A stretch of 42,411 nt of DNA, taken from the sequence record DRR378314_188; one strand, written 5' to 3'. The translations under genes were made by a program, and so were the position numbers. The notes below the pieces were generated by a model, which was not told the DNA's origin, ran no database searches, and was given only the letters and a program-made list of their open reading frames with translations. Below are positions 28,327-36,588 of the stretch, in pieces. How positions within the stretch are numbered: the stretch's first letter is position 1; each line of letters opens with the position of its first letter.

Positions 28327-28389
28327 TTGGTTTTAAAATCAATCCTTGACGACCGAGGTTCCGATGTCAATGTATGTGAACGACGTTCA
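28327..28389. promoter_or_regulatory. Divergent promoter region with palindromic operator candidates
   Basis: TTGGTTTTAAAATCAA (28327..28342); plus-strand TTGACG (28346..28351) facing minus-strand TTGACA (28370..28365); TGAACG-A-CGTTCA (28377..28389). Confidence 0.55.
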
Positions 28390-28407
28390 AAAAGAGCTTT
28401 CAAAGAC

Positions 28408-29391
28408 ATGTTTCCGACAGCGACGACCATTCTGGGCACCGGCAGCTACCTGCCCCGGCAGGACGTCTCGTCCGCCGAAATAGACGCCCGCCTTGGCTGG
28501 CAGGAGGGACAGAGCTTCTCCCGCTTTGGCATCCGATCCCGACACGTGGCCGATGCGGATGAGACGTCGTCCTATATGGCAACCAAAGCGGCAGAACAGG
28601 CGCTGCACATGGCCGGTTGCCAGCCAGAGGAGCTGGATCTGATCCTTGGAGCCTGCGGTGTGATGGAGCAGCCGATCCCCTCGACATCTGTACTGGTGCA
28701 GAACCGCCTCGGGCTTGCGACGTCTGGCATACCAGCGTTTGACATCAACGCCACCTGCCTGAGCTTCCTGCAAGCGCTCGATGTGGCCAACATGTGGCTC
28801 TCTGCTGGGCGTGCACGCCGGGTGCTTGTCTTTTCGGCAGATATCGCTTCGGTCGGGCTGGACTGGTCTCAGCCGGAAAGCGCTGCGATTTTCGGCGATG
28901 GTGCGGCAGCGGTTGTCCTCGGCAGCGATGAGGGCGCAATCCTCGCTCACGGATTTGAAACCTATTCCGAGGGCAAAGAGGCCTGTGTGCTCGCCGCCGG
29001 GGGAACCCGCAGCAACCCGGCACGGGGAACCGCACCGGGCGACGCGCTGTTTCAGATGGATGGCGGACTGGCCTTCCGGGTCGCCTCGCGACGGCTGCCG
29101 CGCTTTATGGCAGGGTTGCTGGAGCGCGCCGGGGTGAGGCCGGACCAGCTGGATTGCGTGGTGCCCCATCAGGCCAGTGCTCAGGCGCTCTCTCACATCA
29201 CGCGTGCGTTGCGCTTTGACAGCGATCAGGTCGTGAACATATTTGCCCAAATCGGAAACCAGGTCGCCGCGTCGATCCCGACCACGCTGGACCACGCGGT
29301 CCGATCCGGCGCGCTCAAGCGTGGACAGACAGCATTGTTGGTCGGCACCTCCGCTGGCATCTCTATTGGCGGCACGGTTGTGAGGTTCTGA
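28408..29391 (+). CDS. 3-oxoacyl-ACP synthase III (FabH/OleA-fold) family condensing enzyme
   Basis: ILGTGSYLP; Cys-His-Asn triad ATCLSF / VPHQAS / IGNQVAAS; IFGDGAAA; GTSAG. ATG 28408 chosen. Confidence 0.88.
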   Translation: MFPTATTILGTGSYLPRQDVSSAEIDARLGWQEGQSFSRFGIRSRHVADADETSSYMATKAAEQALHMAGCQPEELDLILGACGVMEQPIPSTSVLVQNRLGLATSGIPAFDINATCLSFLQALDVANMWLSAGRARRVLVFSADIASVGLDWSQPESAAIFGDGAAAVVLGSDEGAILAHGFETYSEGKEACVLAAGGTRSNPARGTAPGDALFQMDGGLAFRVASRRLPRFMAGLLERAGVRPDQLDCVVPHQASAQALSHITRALRFDSDQVVNIFAQIGNQVAASIPTTLDHAVRSGALKRGQTALLVGTSAGISIGGTVVRF

Positions 29392-30323
29392 TGAAAGCAT
29401 TGATTACAGGGGCCAGCGGCTGCTTGGGCCGTGCCTTGGTGTCAGAGCTGACCTCCCACGGCTGGACCCTGCGCACGACGGCCCGGCGCACCGTCGAGCT
29501 ACCTGGGTTTGTCGCGGCGGATCTTGTTCAGGACGAACTGTCCGCCCTCGTGGATGGCGTCGATGCTGTGTTTCACTGCGCCGCGATGAGCGGTGGCTGG
29601 GGCAGCCCGGACGCCTTTCATGCCGCCAATGTGACGGCCACCGAACGCCTGCTGCATGCCGCAGATAAAGCCGGCGTTGCCCGCTTTGTCTTTGCCTCCA
29701 CCCCCAGCCTCTATGCGGATGGGACCGACAGGTTCAACCTGACAGAGGACGCCCCCCTGCCTGAGCGAGCGTTGTCGCCCTATGCAGACAGCAAACGACA
29801 GGCCGAAACCCTGGTGCTGGCGCAGAACGGGGCGATGCGATGCACAGCAATCCGTCCCCGTGCGATCTACGGACTACACGACCGCGCGCTTCTGCCACGG
29901 CTCTGTGGAACCCTGGAACGCGGTATCCTGCCACTGATTTCTGGCGGGCGCGCGCAGGTCGACCTGACCCATCGCAGCGATGCCGCGCGGGCCATGCGCC
30001 TAGCGGCAGGCGGACCCGGAGGGCGTGTCTGGAACATTACCTCGGGCGAAGCTTTCAGCTTCCGTCAGCTTGCCGAAATGGTCTGCGTGCGCGGAAATTA
30101 CAAACCACGCCGCATCCCCCTCCCCTATGGGCTGGCCTATACGCTGGCCGGGCTCGCAGAGCGCGGCGCACTTCTGCGCGGAGGAGCAGAACCCACCCTG
30201 ACCCGCCAGGCGGTCGTCTCCTTGGGTCGGTCGCTGACGCTGGATATCAGTGCCGCACGGCGAGACCTCGGCTACTGCCCTCAAATGACACTTAGCAACG
30301 GACTGGCAGAATGCTTCGCGTGA
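29391..30323 (+). CDS. Extended SDR (NAD-dependent epimerase/3-beta-HSD/OleD-like reductase)
   Basis: TGASGCLG; VFHCAA; FASTPSLY; YADSK (YxxxK); RPRAIYG. TGATG coupling. Confidence 0.9.
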   Translation: MKALITGASGCLGRALVSELTSHGWTLRTTARRTVELPGFVAADLVQDELSALVDGVDAVFHCAAMSGGWGSPDAFHAANVTATERLLHAADKAGVARFVFASTPSLYADGTDRFNLTEDAPLPERALSPYADSKRQAETLVLAQNGAMRCTAIRPRAIYGLHDRALLPRLCGTLERGILPLISGGRAQVDLTHRSDAARAMRLAAGGPGGRVWNITSGEAFSFRQLAEMVCVRGNYKPRRIPLPYGLAYTLAGLAERGALLRGGAEPTLTRQAVVSLGRSLTLDISAARRDLGYCPQMTLSNGLAECFA

Positions 30324-31096
30324 CCACGCTTCGGATCGGCAGCTGCCGCGCACCGGCCTTTGCCGCTGGCCTGCCGGGTCGGGGCAAGGTCATGTTGCCC
30401 GCGCTGGCCACGCTGATCGAGACGAAGACCCAGACCCTTCTCTTTGATTGCGGCTATGGTACGAGCTTCTATGACGCGACAGATCGCTTTCCCGCACGGG
30501 CGTACCGCATTGCCACGCCGATGACCTTGCCGCCGCATGAGCGACTGACCGCACAACTGAACAGACCGCCCGAACTCGTGATCCTGAGCCATATGCATGG
30601 CGATCACATAGCGGGATTGCTAGATCTTCCAGACGATATTCCGGTGCTTGCCTCCAAGGAGGCCATCGACCACCTGTCTGGCCTCTCATCTGCATTGACG
30701 GCGACGCTCGCGGCCTGCCCTCCCTTGCTGCGCGATGGGGTTCTTGCACGCGCCCCCCGCCCCATCGACGAACGCCCGCACGTCGAGACCGGCTTGCCCG
30801 AGTTCCCGCACGGCCATGATGTTTTGGGGACAGGAGAGGTGATCGCCATCGCGCTTCCGGGGCATGGCGTCGGGCAGATCGGGCTCTGGCTGCCCAACGC
30901 ACGGCACTTCCTCATTGCGGATGCCGCCTACGCACGCAGCGCCCTGCGTGATGGAAAGCTGCCGCCGTGGCCCGTGCTTGCAAGATTGGGCAACGCCCGC
31001 GCCTATCGCCAGACCTTTGCACGACTGCGGGCATTGATGCGGGCGCGGCCCGATATCACGCTGGTGCCGTCGCATTGCCGCGAGGCTGCACCATGA
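30311..31096 (+). CDS. Metallo-beta-lactamase-fold hydrolase (lactonase-like)
   Basis: LFDCGYG; SHMHGDHIAG (HxHxDH); LPGH; ADA; PSH. Confidence 0.88.
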   Translation: MLRVTTLRIGSCRAPAFAAGLPGRGKVMLPALATLIETKTQTLLFDCGYGTSFYDATDRFPARAYRIATPMTLPPHERLTAQLNRPPELVILSHMHGDHIAGLLDLPDDIPVLASKEAIDHLSGLSSALTATLAACPPLLRDGVLARAPRPIDERPHVETGLPEFPHGHDVLGTGEVIAIALPGHGVGQIGLWLPNARHFLIADAAYARSALRDGKLPPWPVLARLGNARAYRQTFARLRALMRARPDITLVPSHCREAAP

Positions 31097-32361
31097 GCCT
31101 GACTGCGTTTCTCCGCACCCGGTACGGGCGCGCGCCTCGGTCACGGGCAGAGATCACCGCGCTGCAAGACCGCGCATTTGCACATTTCCGCAGCCGGATC
31201 ATGCCGCAGTCCCCATTCTACAGATCCCACGTCGACACGGCGCTTTCCGCATTGCCGCAGATGAACAAGGCATGGTTGATGGAGAATTTTTCATCCATCA
31301 ATACCTGCGGGATTGAGCGGGACAGGGCCTTTGATGTGGCACTGCAGGCCGAACGCAGCCGGGATTTCTCTCCGATGATCGGACAGGTCGCGGTGGGCCT
31401 GTCCACCGGCACCTCTGGTCAGCGCGGGTTGTTCCTGACCACCCCAAAAGAGCGACGGCTCTGGGCGGCGATCATGTCGGGCCGCTTCTGGCCCAACCTG
31501 CGCCAGCCCCAGCGTGTCGCATTCTTCATGCGGGCCGACAACGCGCTCTATCGCTCGCTTGGCAACCCGATGTTACGGTTTGAGTTTTTCGATCTGATGA
31601 GGGGCGTCGAGACCCATCTGCCCGCTCTCACATCCCTTGCCCCAACGGTCCTCATCGCCCCCGCAGGTGTTCTGACAGCCTTGGCCTGCGCCCAAGACGC
31701 GGGCGCACTTGCGCTTAAGCCGCAGCGGGTGATTTCCATCGCCGAAGTCCTCTCGTCAGAGGACCGAGACGCAGTGGCCCGCGCGTTCAACTGCAAGGTA
31801 GATGAGGTATATCAGGCCACGGAGGGCGTCCTCGCATTCACCTGTCACGCGGGACACCTGCATTTGAATGAAACATGGCTGCGCATTGATCGCGATGTGA
31901 TCGACCCGACAAGCGGCGCATTCTGTCCGGTGATCTACGACTTCACCCGAGAAAGCCTGCCTCTGCTGAACTACAGGCTCGACGACGTCCTGATACCGGA
32001 CGACACCCCCTGCCCCTGTGGCTCGGCCTGCACCCGCATCGCACGGATCGAGGGGCGAGAGGACGACGCCCTGTGGTGGAGCGGCCCCTCAGGCGCACGT
32101 ATGGTTCCGGCCGAAGCCATCCGCACCGTGATCGCCAGACTGGAAACACCAGTGGAGGACTATCGGGTGGTGCAAGAGGCGAACCATCTGACGATCTGGC
32201 TCCAACATGCTGCCCCTGAATGCGAGGTTGAGTTGCGCGGCGCCTTGGCGGCCCTCGCCGCTCAGCTCGGTGTTGCACTGCCCTCTCTGTCTATCCAGTC
32301 GGGTCTGCCGCAAGAGACCGATCCGAAGCGACGGCGGATCAAAGTACTGTTGCGCCCCTAA
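31093..32361 (+). CDS. Adenylate-forming enzyme, F390-synthetase/PaaK-related
   Basis: GLSTGTSG P-loop; EVYQATEG; NYRLDD; CPCGS; IEGREDD. ATG 31093 overlaps the MBL stop (ATGA). Confidence 0.87.
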   Translation: MSLTAFLRTRYGRAPRSRAEITALQDRAFAHFRSRIMPQSPFYRSHVDTALSALPQMNKAWLMENFSSINTCGIERDRAFDVALQAERSRDFSPMIGQVAVGLSTGTSGQRGLFLTTPKERRLWAAIMSGRFWPNLRQPQRVAFFMRADNALYRSLGNPMLRFEFFDLMRGVETHLPALTSLAPTVLIAPAGVLTALACAQDAGALALKPQRVISIAEVLSSEDRDAVARAFNCKVDEVYQATEGVLAFTCHAGHLHLNETWLRIDRDVIDPTSGAFCPVIYDFTRESLPLLNYRLDDVLIPDDTPCPCGSACTRIARIEGREDDALWWSGPSGARMVPAEAIRTVIARLETPVEDYRVVQEANHLTIWLQHAAPECEVELRGALAALAAQLGVALPSLSIQSGLPQETDPKRRRIKVLLRP

Positions 32362-32588
32362 TCCTGGGCTAGCCTCGGGCTGCGCACGCCCCCAATCGGC
32401 GCAGGGCTGAGCATGGGACATTCCCCAGACTATGAATTCGGGGGTGGTGCTATGACCCGACCATGAGCGAAGATCTCGCCAGACGCGGATTTGGCGGTGT
32501 AGCGTGACACACGCGACCAGCGTGCCCTCGCTCTGCGAGACGCGCCCGCCCCGTTCTTGGGACAACGACTGACGGCAGGATAGGCAGC

Positions 32589-34217
32589 ATGGCAAACACA
32601 CAGCCCAAACACGGCGAACACTATGACTACATCATCGTGGGGGGCGGCACCGCAGGCTGTGTTTTAGCCAATCGACTCAGCGCCGATCCGAAGAACAAGG
32701 TGCTGCTGCTGGAGGCCGGGAAAAGCGACAATTACCACTGGGTGCATATTCCGGTTGGGTACCTCTACTGCATCGGCAATCCGCGCACCGACTGGATGAT
32801 GAAGACCGCGCCCGAAGCCGGGTTGAACGGTCGCAGCCTGACCTATCCGCGCGGCAAGGTGCTCGGCGGCTGCACCTCGGTCAATGGCATGATCTACATG
32901 CGCGGTCAGGCGGCGGACTACGACATCTGGCGACAGCTCGGGAACCCCGGCTGGGGATGGGACGATGTGCTTCCCTATTTCCTGAAATCCGAAGATCACC
33001 ATGCCGGCGACAGCGAGATGCACCGGGGCGGTGGCGAGTGGAAGGTCTCCAAACAGCGCCTCACCTGGGATATTTTGCGGTCCGTTCAGCGCGGGGCGCA
33101 GGAATTTGGCATCCACCCGCGCGCCGACTTCAACGATGGCAACAACGAAGGGTCCGGGTTCTTTGAGGTAAACCAGAAGGACGGAGTGCGCTGGAACACG
33201 GCCAAGGGCTTTCTGCGACCCGCAATGAAGCGCGGCAATCTGCGGGTGCTGACCGAGGCACATACCCACCGCCTGCTGCTTGAGGGGCGGAGCGTGACCG
33301 GTGTTGAGTATCATCGCGGGGGGCAGACCCATCACGCCTTGGCGCGGCGCGAAGTCCTGCTGGCGGCGGGCGCAATCAATTCACCAAAGCTGTTGGAGCT
33401 ATCAGGGATCGGTCGCCCGGACGTGCTGAGCCAGCACGGGATAAACGTGCAGCATGCGATGGAAGGCGTGGGGGAGAACCTGCAGGACCACCTGCAAATC
33501 CGCACGGTCTACACCGTAAAGAATGCCAAGACCCTGAACACCATGGCCAACAGCCTTTTCGGGAAAGCAAAGATCGCGATGCAATACGGGCTGGCCCGCA
33601 GCGGGCCGATGTCGATGGCCCCAAGCCAGTTCGGCATGTTCACCAAATCACGCCCGGATCTGGCGACCCCTGACCTAGAATATCACGTGCAACCGCTGTC
33701 CACGGAAAAGCTTGGTGATCCTCTGCACCCCTTCCCTGCAATCACCGTCTCCGTCTGCAATCTGCGCCCCGACAGCATCGGGGCCAGCCACATCCAGAGC
33801 ACCGATCTGCAGCAGCAACCCGACATCCGGCTGAACTATCTGTCCGCGGAAACCGACCGGGCCGTGGCCCTGGCCTCGATCAAGCAGGTTCGGGAGGTGA
33901 TGACAGCAAAAGCCCTGGCCCCGCATGAACCACAGGAGATTTTGCCCGGTCCCGATTGTATCAGTGATGGCGATATTCTGGGTGCCGTGGGCGACATCGC
34001 CACGACCATCTTCCACCCGGTAGGCACGTGCAAGATGGGCACCGATCACGGCGCGGTGGTCGACCCGGGGCTGAAGGTTCACGGCCTTTCCGGGCTCCGG
34101 GTGGTGGATGCCTCCATCATGCCAAAAATCGTCTCCGGCAACACCGCCTCACCTGTGGTGATGATCGCGGAAAAAGCGGCAGACATGATCCTGGCAGAGG
34201 CCCGCGTCCCCGCATGA
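32589..34217 (+). CDS. GMC-family FAD oxidoreductase (choline dehydrogenase-like)
   Basis: GGGTAGCVLANRLS; PRGKVLGGCTSVNGMIYMRG; GAINSPKLLELSGIG; GENLQDH; FHPVGTCKMG; GLRVVDASIMP..VSGNT. Confidence 0.93.
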   Translation: MANTQPKHGEHYDYIIVGGGTAGCVLANRLSADPKNKVLLLEAGKSDNYHWVHIPVGYLYCIGNPRTDWMMKTAPEAGLNGRSLTYPRGKVLGGCTSVNGMIYMRGQAADYDIWRQLGNPGWGWDDVLPYFLKSEDHHAGDSEMHRGGGEWKVSKQRLTWDILRSVQRGAQEFGIHPRADFNDGNNEGSGFFEVNQKDGVRWNTAKGFLRPAMKRGNLRVLTEAHTHRLLLEGRSVTGVEYHRGGQTHHALARREVLLAAGAINSPKLLELSGIGRPDVLSQHGINVQHAMEGVGENLQDHLQIRTVYTVKNAKTLNTMANSLFGKAKIAMQYGLARSGPMSMAPSQFGMFTKSRPDLATPDLEYHVQPLSTEKLGDPLHPFPAITVSVCNLRPDSIGASHIQSTDLQQQPDIRLNYLSAETDRAVALASIKQVREVMTAKALAPHEPQEILPGPDCISDGDILGAVGDIATTIFHPVGTCKMGTDHGAVVDPGLKVHGLSGLRVVDASIMPKIVSGNTASPVVMIAEKAADMILAEARVPA

Positions 34218-34355
34218 CCAGCGCCAGCTTCGCTCCTTTAGTCGAAGCGGGCGGGATTGATCGAAGCGGACCGACTGCTCCCCGACCTTGATCGGCCGGG
34301 GAGCACAACAGCCGTTCAGGCGGCCCAGCGCGAACCGTGTCCAATCAACCAGAGA

Positions 34356-34649
34356 TCACGCGCTGGTCTTCTTGGAACGGCTTTTCTTCGGCATGGTCTC
34401 CGGCATCTCGATGTTGATCTCGAGACTGGACACGGCATCTTCGCGTTGCACGAGAATTTCCACATCGTCATCGTCGACTTTGATGTATTTGCGGATCACC
34501 TCGAGCAGATCATTCTGAAGTTGCGGCAGGAAATCCGGCGCCTCAGAGGCGCCGCCGCGTTCATGCGCAAGCAGAAGCTGAAGACGGTCCTTCGCGGCTT
34601 TGGCGGAGGCAGTTCGACGGGGTTTGAAAGCGAAACCGAACAAACTCAT
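34356..34649 (-). CDS. minE: Cell division topological specificity factor MinE
   Basis: SAKAAKDRLQLLLAHER; LQNDLLEVIRKY; LEINIE. 4-nt overlap with minD. Confidence 0.93.
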   Translation of the reverse strand: MSLFGFAFKPRRTASAKAAKDRLQLLLAHERGGASEAPDFLPQLQNDLLEVIRKYIKVDDDDVEILVQREDAVSSLEINIEMPETMPKKSRSKKTSA

Positions 34650-35494
34650 GCCGACCGCCCGAACAACCGGTTGAACAAGCTGGGACGACGATCCTCGTTG
34701 ATCCGCATCTCGACCTCCTCGCCGGTCAGGCGCGCAACCGCGTCCTGATAGGCACTGCAGGCGCTCGATGGCTCATCCAGAATTACAGGGGTCCCGACAT
34801 TGGACGCCCGCAGGACCGCCTGGCTCTCCGGTATGATACCAAGCAATGGCACAGCGAGGATTTCCAGTACGTCCTCAACCGCCATCATCTCGCCTCTGTC
34901 GATCCGACCCTGATCGTGACGGGTGATCAGAACCCGCGCCTTGACCGGATCGTCCGACTGGCTTTCAGCGCGCTTGGTCTTGCTGGCCAGAAGCCCCAGC
35001 ACTCGGTCACTGTCGCGCACCGATGAGACCTCGGGATTGGTCACCACCACGGCTTCGTCGGCAAAATACATCGCCAGTTGCGCGCCACGTTCGATACCTG
35101 CGGGGCTGTCACAAATGATGTAGTCAAAATCCTTGCGCAGTTCGTCCAGAACCTGCTCCACCCCCTCGTTGGTCAACGCATCCTTGTCGCGCGTCTGAGA
35201 GGTCGGCAGGATGTAAAGCGTATCCAGACGTTTGTCCTTGATCAGCGCCTGTTTCAGCTGAGCGTCGCCTTGGATCACGTTGATGAAATCGAACACGACG
35301 CGTCGCTCACATCCCATGATCATGTCGAGATTGCGCAGGCCGACATCAAAGTCGATCACGACGGTCTTGTGTCCGAGTTGAGCCAGACCCGCGGAAATCG
35401 CTGCCGCCGATGTGGTTTTGCCAACGCCGCCCTTGCCGGAGGTGATCACGACGATCTTTCCGAGAGGCTGCTTTTCTTTGATTTTGATGGTCAT
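34646..35494 (-). CDS. minD: Septum site-determining ATPase MinD
   Basis: Deviant Walker A SGKGGVGKTT; DFDVGLRNLD; CERRVVFD; DSPAGIE; NPEVSSVRDSDR; C-terminal amphipathic SLFNRLFG. Confidence 0.97.
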   Translation of the reverse strand: MTIKIKEKQPLGKIVVITSGKGGVGKTTSAAAISAGLAQLGHKTVVIDFDVGLRNLDMIMGCERRVVFDFINVIQGDAQLKQALIKDKRLDTLYILPTSQTRDKDALTNEGVEQVLDELRKDFDYIICDSPAGIERGAQLAMYFADEAVVVTNPEVSSVRDSDRVLGLLASKTKRAESQSDDPVKARVLITRHDQGRIDRGEMMAVEDVLEILAVPLLGIIPESQAVLRASNVGTPVILDEPSSACSAYQDAVARLTGEEVEMRINEDRRPSLFNRLFGRSA

Positions 35495-36237
35495 GTGAGC
35501 GCCTCCAAATGCAACCCGTCATCTTTCAGAAATACGTGCAAACTGTCCTGTCGCAGGGTTTCGTCGATGCTGTCGCTGGTTCGATATATCCCGGCAATCG
35601 CCAACAGCTCCGCCTCCTGTCGTTGACAGAAAATACGTGCCGTCTCGTCGCCGTGAACGCCAGCAAAGGCACGCCCCCGGAGTGTCCCGTAGACATGGAT
35701 ACTGCCGGACGCGACCAGTTCGGCCCCTGATGAGACCGACCCGACAACCGTCAAATCACCACGTTCTGCGACCACGACCTGTCCTGACCGGACCGGCTCC
35801 GTTATCAGCTTGTTGTCAGGCGGCAGCAGCTTTTCGCTTTTGCGACGCCCGCTGGCTCCGACCTTCTCGGCCGGGATTTCGCGCCCGATGGTGACCGGGA
35901 TCAGCCCCAGCGTGTCAATGTCGCTCCATGTCGGACCGCTGCCGAACTGCACGCCAAAGACATTCAACTTCCGTTCCCGCAGATAGGTGACCAATCTACG
36001 CAGTATCGCCAGATCCCGAAGCCCCGGTACCAGACCGAGATCAACGATCAGTGGCGCTTCCAGCAGCAACTGCGGCGCCTTGGCCAATTGCTCATCCAGC
36101 ACCGCATAGAAGGTCTCGCCAAGGTCCTCGGTTTCCAACCGCAAGACGATGGCGGTCATGAACCTGCCGCGGATCTGAAATGGCTGTACCGTCACCGGAG
36201 CCTGTTCGCTCCGGCCGTCTGTTCTGTTCTTCCGCAC
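35491..36237 (-). CDS. minC: Septum site-determining protein MinC
   Basis: PVRSGQVV; GDLTVVGSVSSGAELVASGSIHVYGTLRGRAFAG; AELLAIAG. GTG start is uncertain. Confidence 0.93.
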   Translation of the reverse strand: MRKNRTDGRSEQAPVTVQPFQIRGRFMTAIVLRLETEDLGETFYAVLDEQLAKAPQLLLEAPLIVDLGLVPGLRDLAILRRLVTYLRERKLNVFGVQFGSGPTWSDIDTLGLIPVTIGREIPAEKVGASGRRKSEKLLPPDNKLITEPVRSGQVVVAERGDLTVVGSVSSGAELVASGSIHVYGTLRGRAFAGVHGDETARIFCQRQEAELLAIAGIYRTSDSIDETLRQDSLHVFLKDDGLHLEALT

Positions 36238-36588
36238 TTATGATGTGCTCCTGCTCTCGTCTCGAAGTGCGTTTGAATCGCACATGTGATTGAGCAGCCA
36301 GATACCCCCATCAGCCGTGACTTTGCATCGTCACATTTCGAAACCCGGAGGACTGAGCCGGTTCCCGCTTCCACGCACCAGTGTTTAGGTGATTTTTCGC
36401 TGATCCGCCCTCGACTCGGCGCTCGTGTACGACAAGCGCTTGCATGTTGAATTTTGGCGCCCCGAGCGGGGCAACATGCAGGAAGGCACGCGCCCTGCGC
36501 CAGCGTCAGAGATGCCCCCTCAGCCCGCAGCGATACCGGCGGTCGGGATTAACGCGAATATCATCATCGAAGGCGCAGGGCTATTTGT

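Noticed and set aside
28147-28407. 87-aa N-terminal extension of KAS III in the ORF track
   Set aside because: It overlaps the divergent sulfotransferase start and the promoter patch; family similarity begins at ATG 28408.
34257-34748. 163-aa plus-strand ORF
   Set aside because: Antisense to minE/minD, with no motifs.
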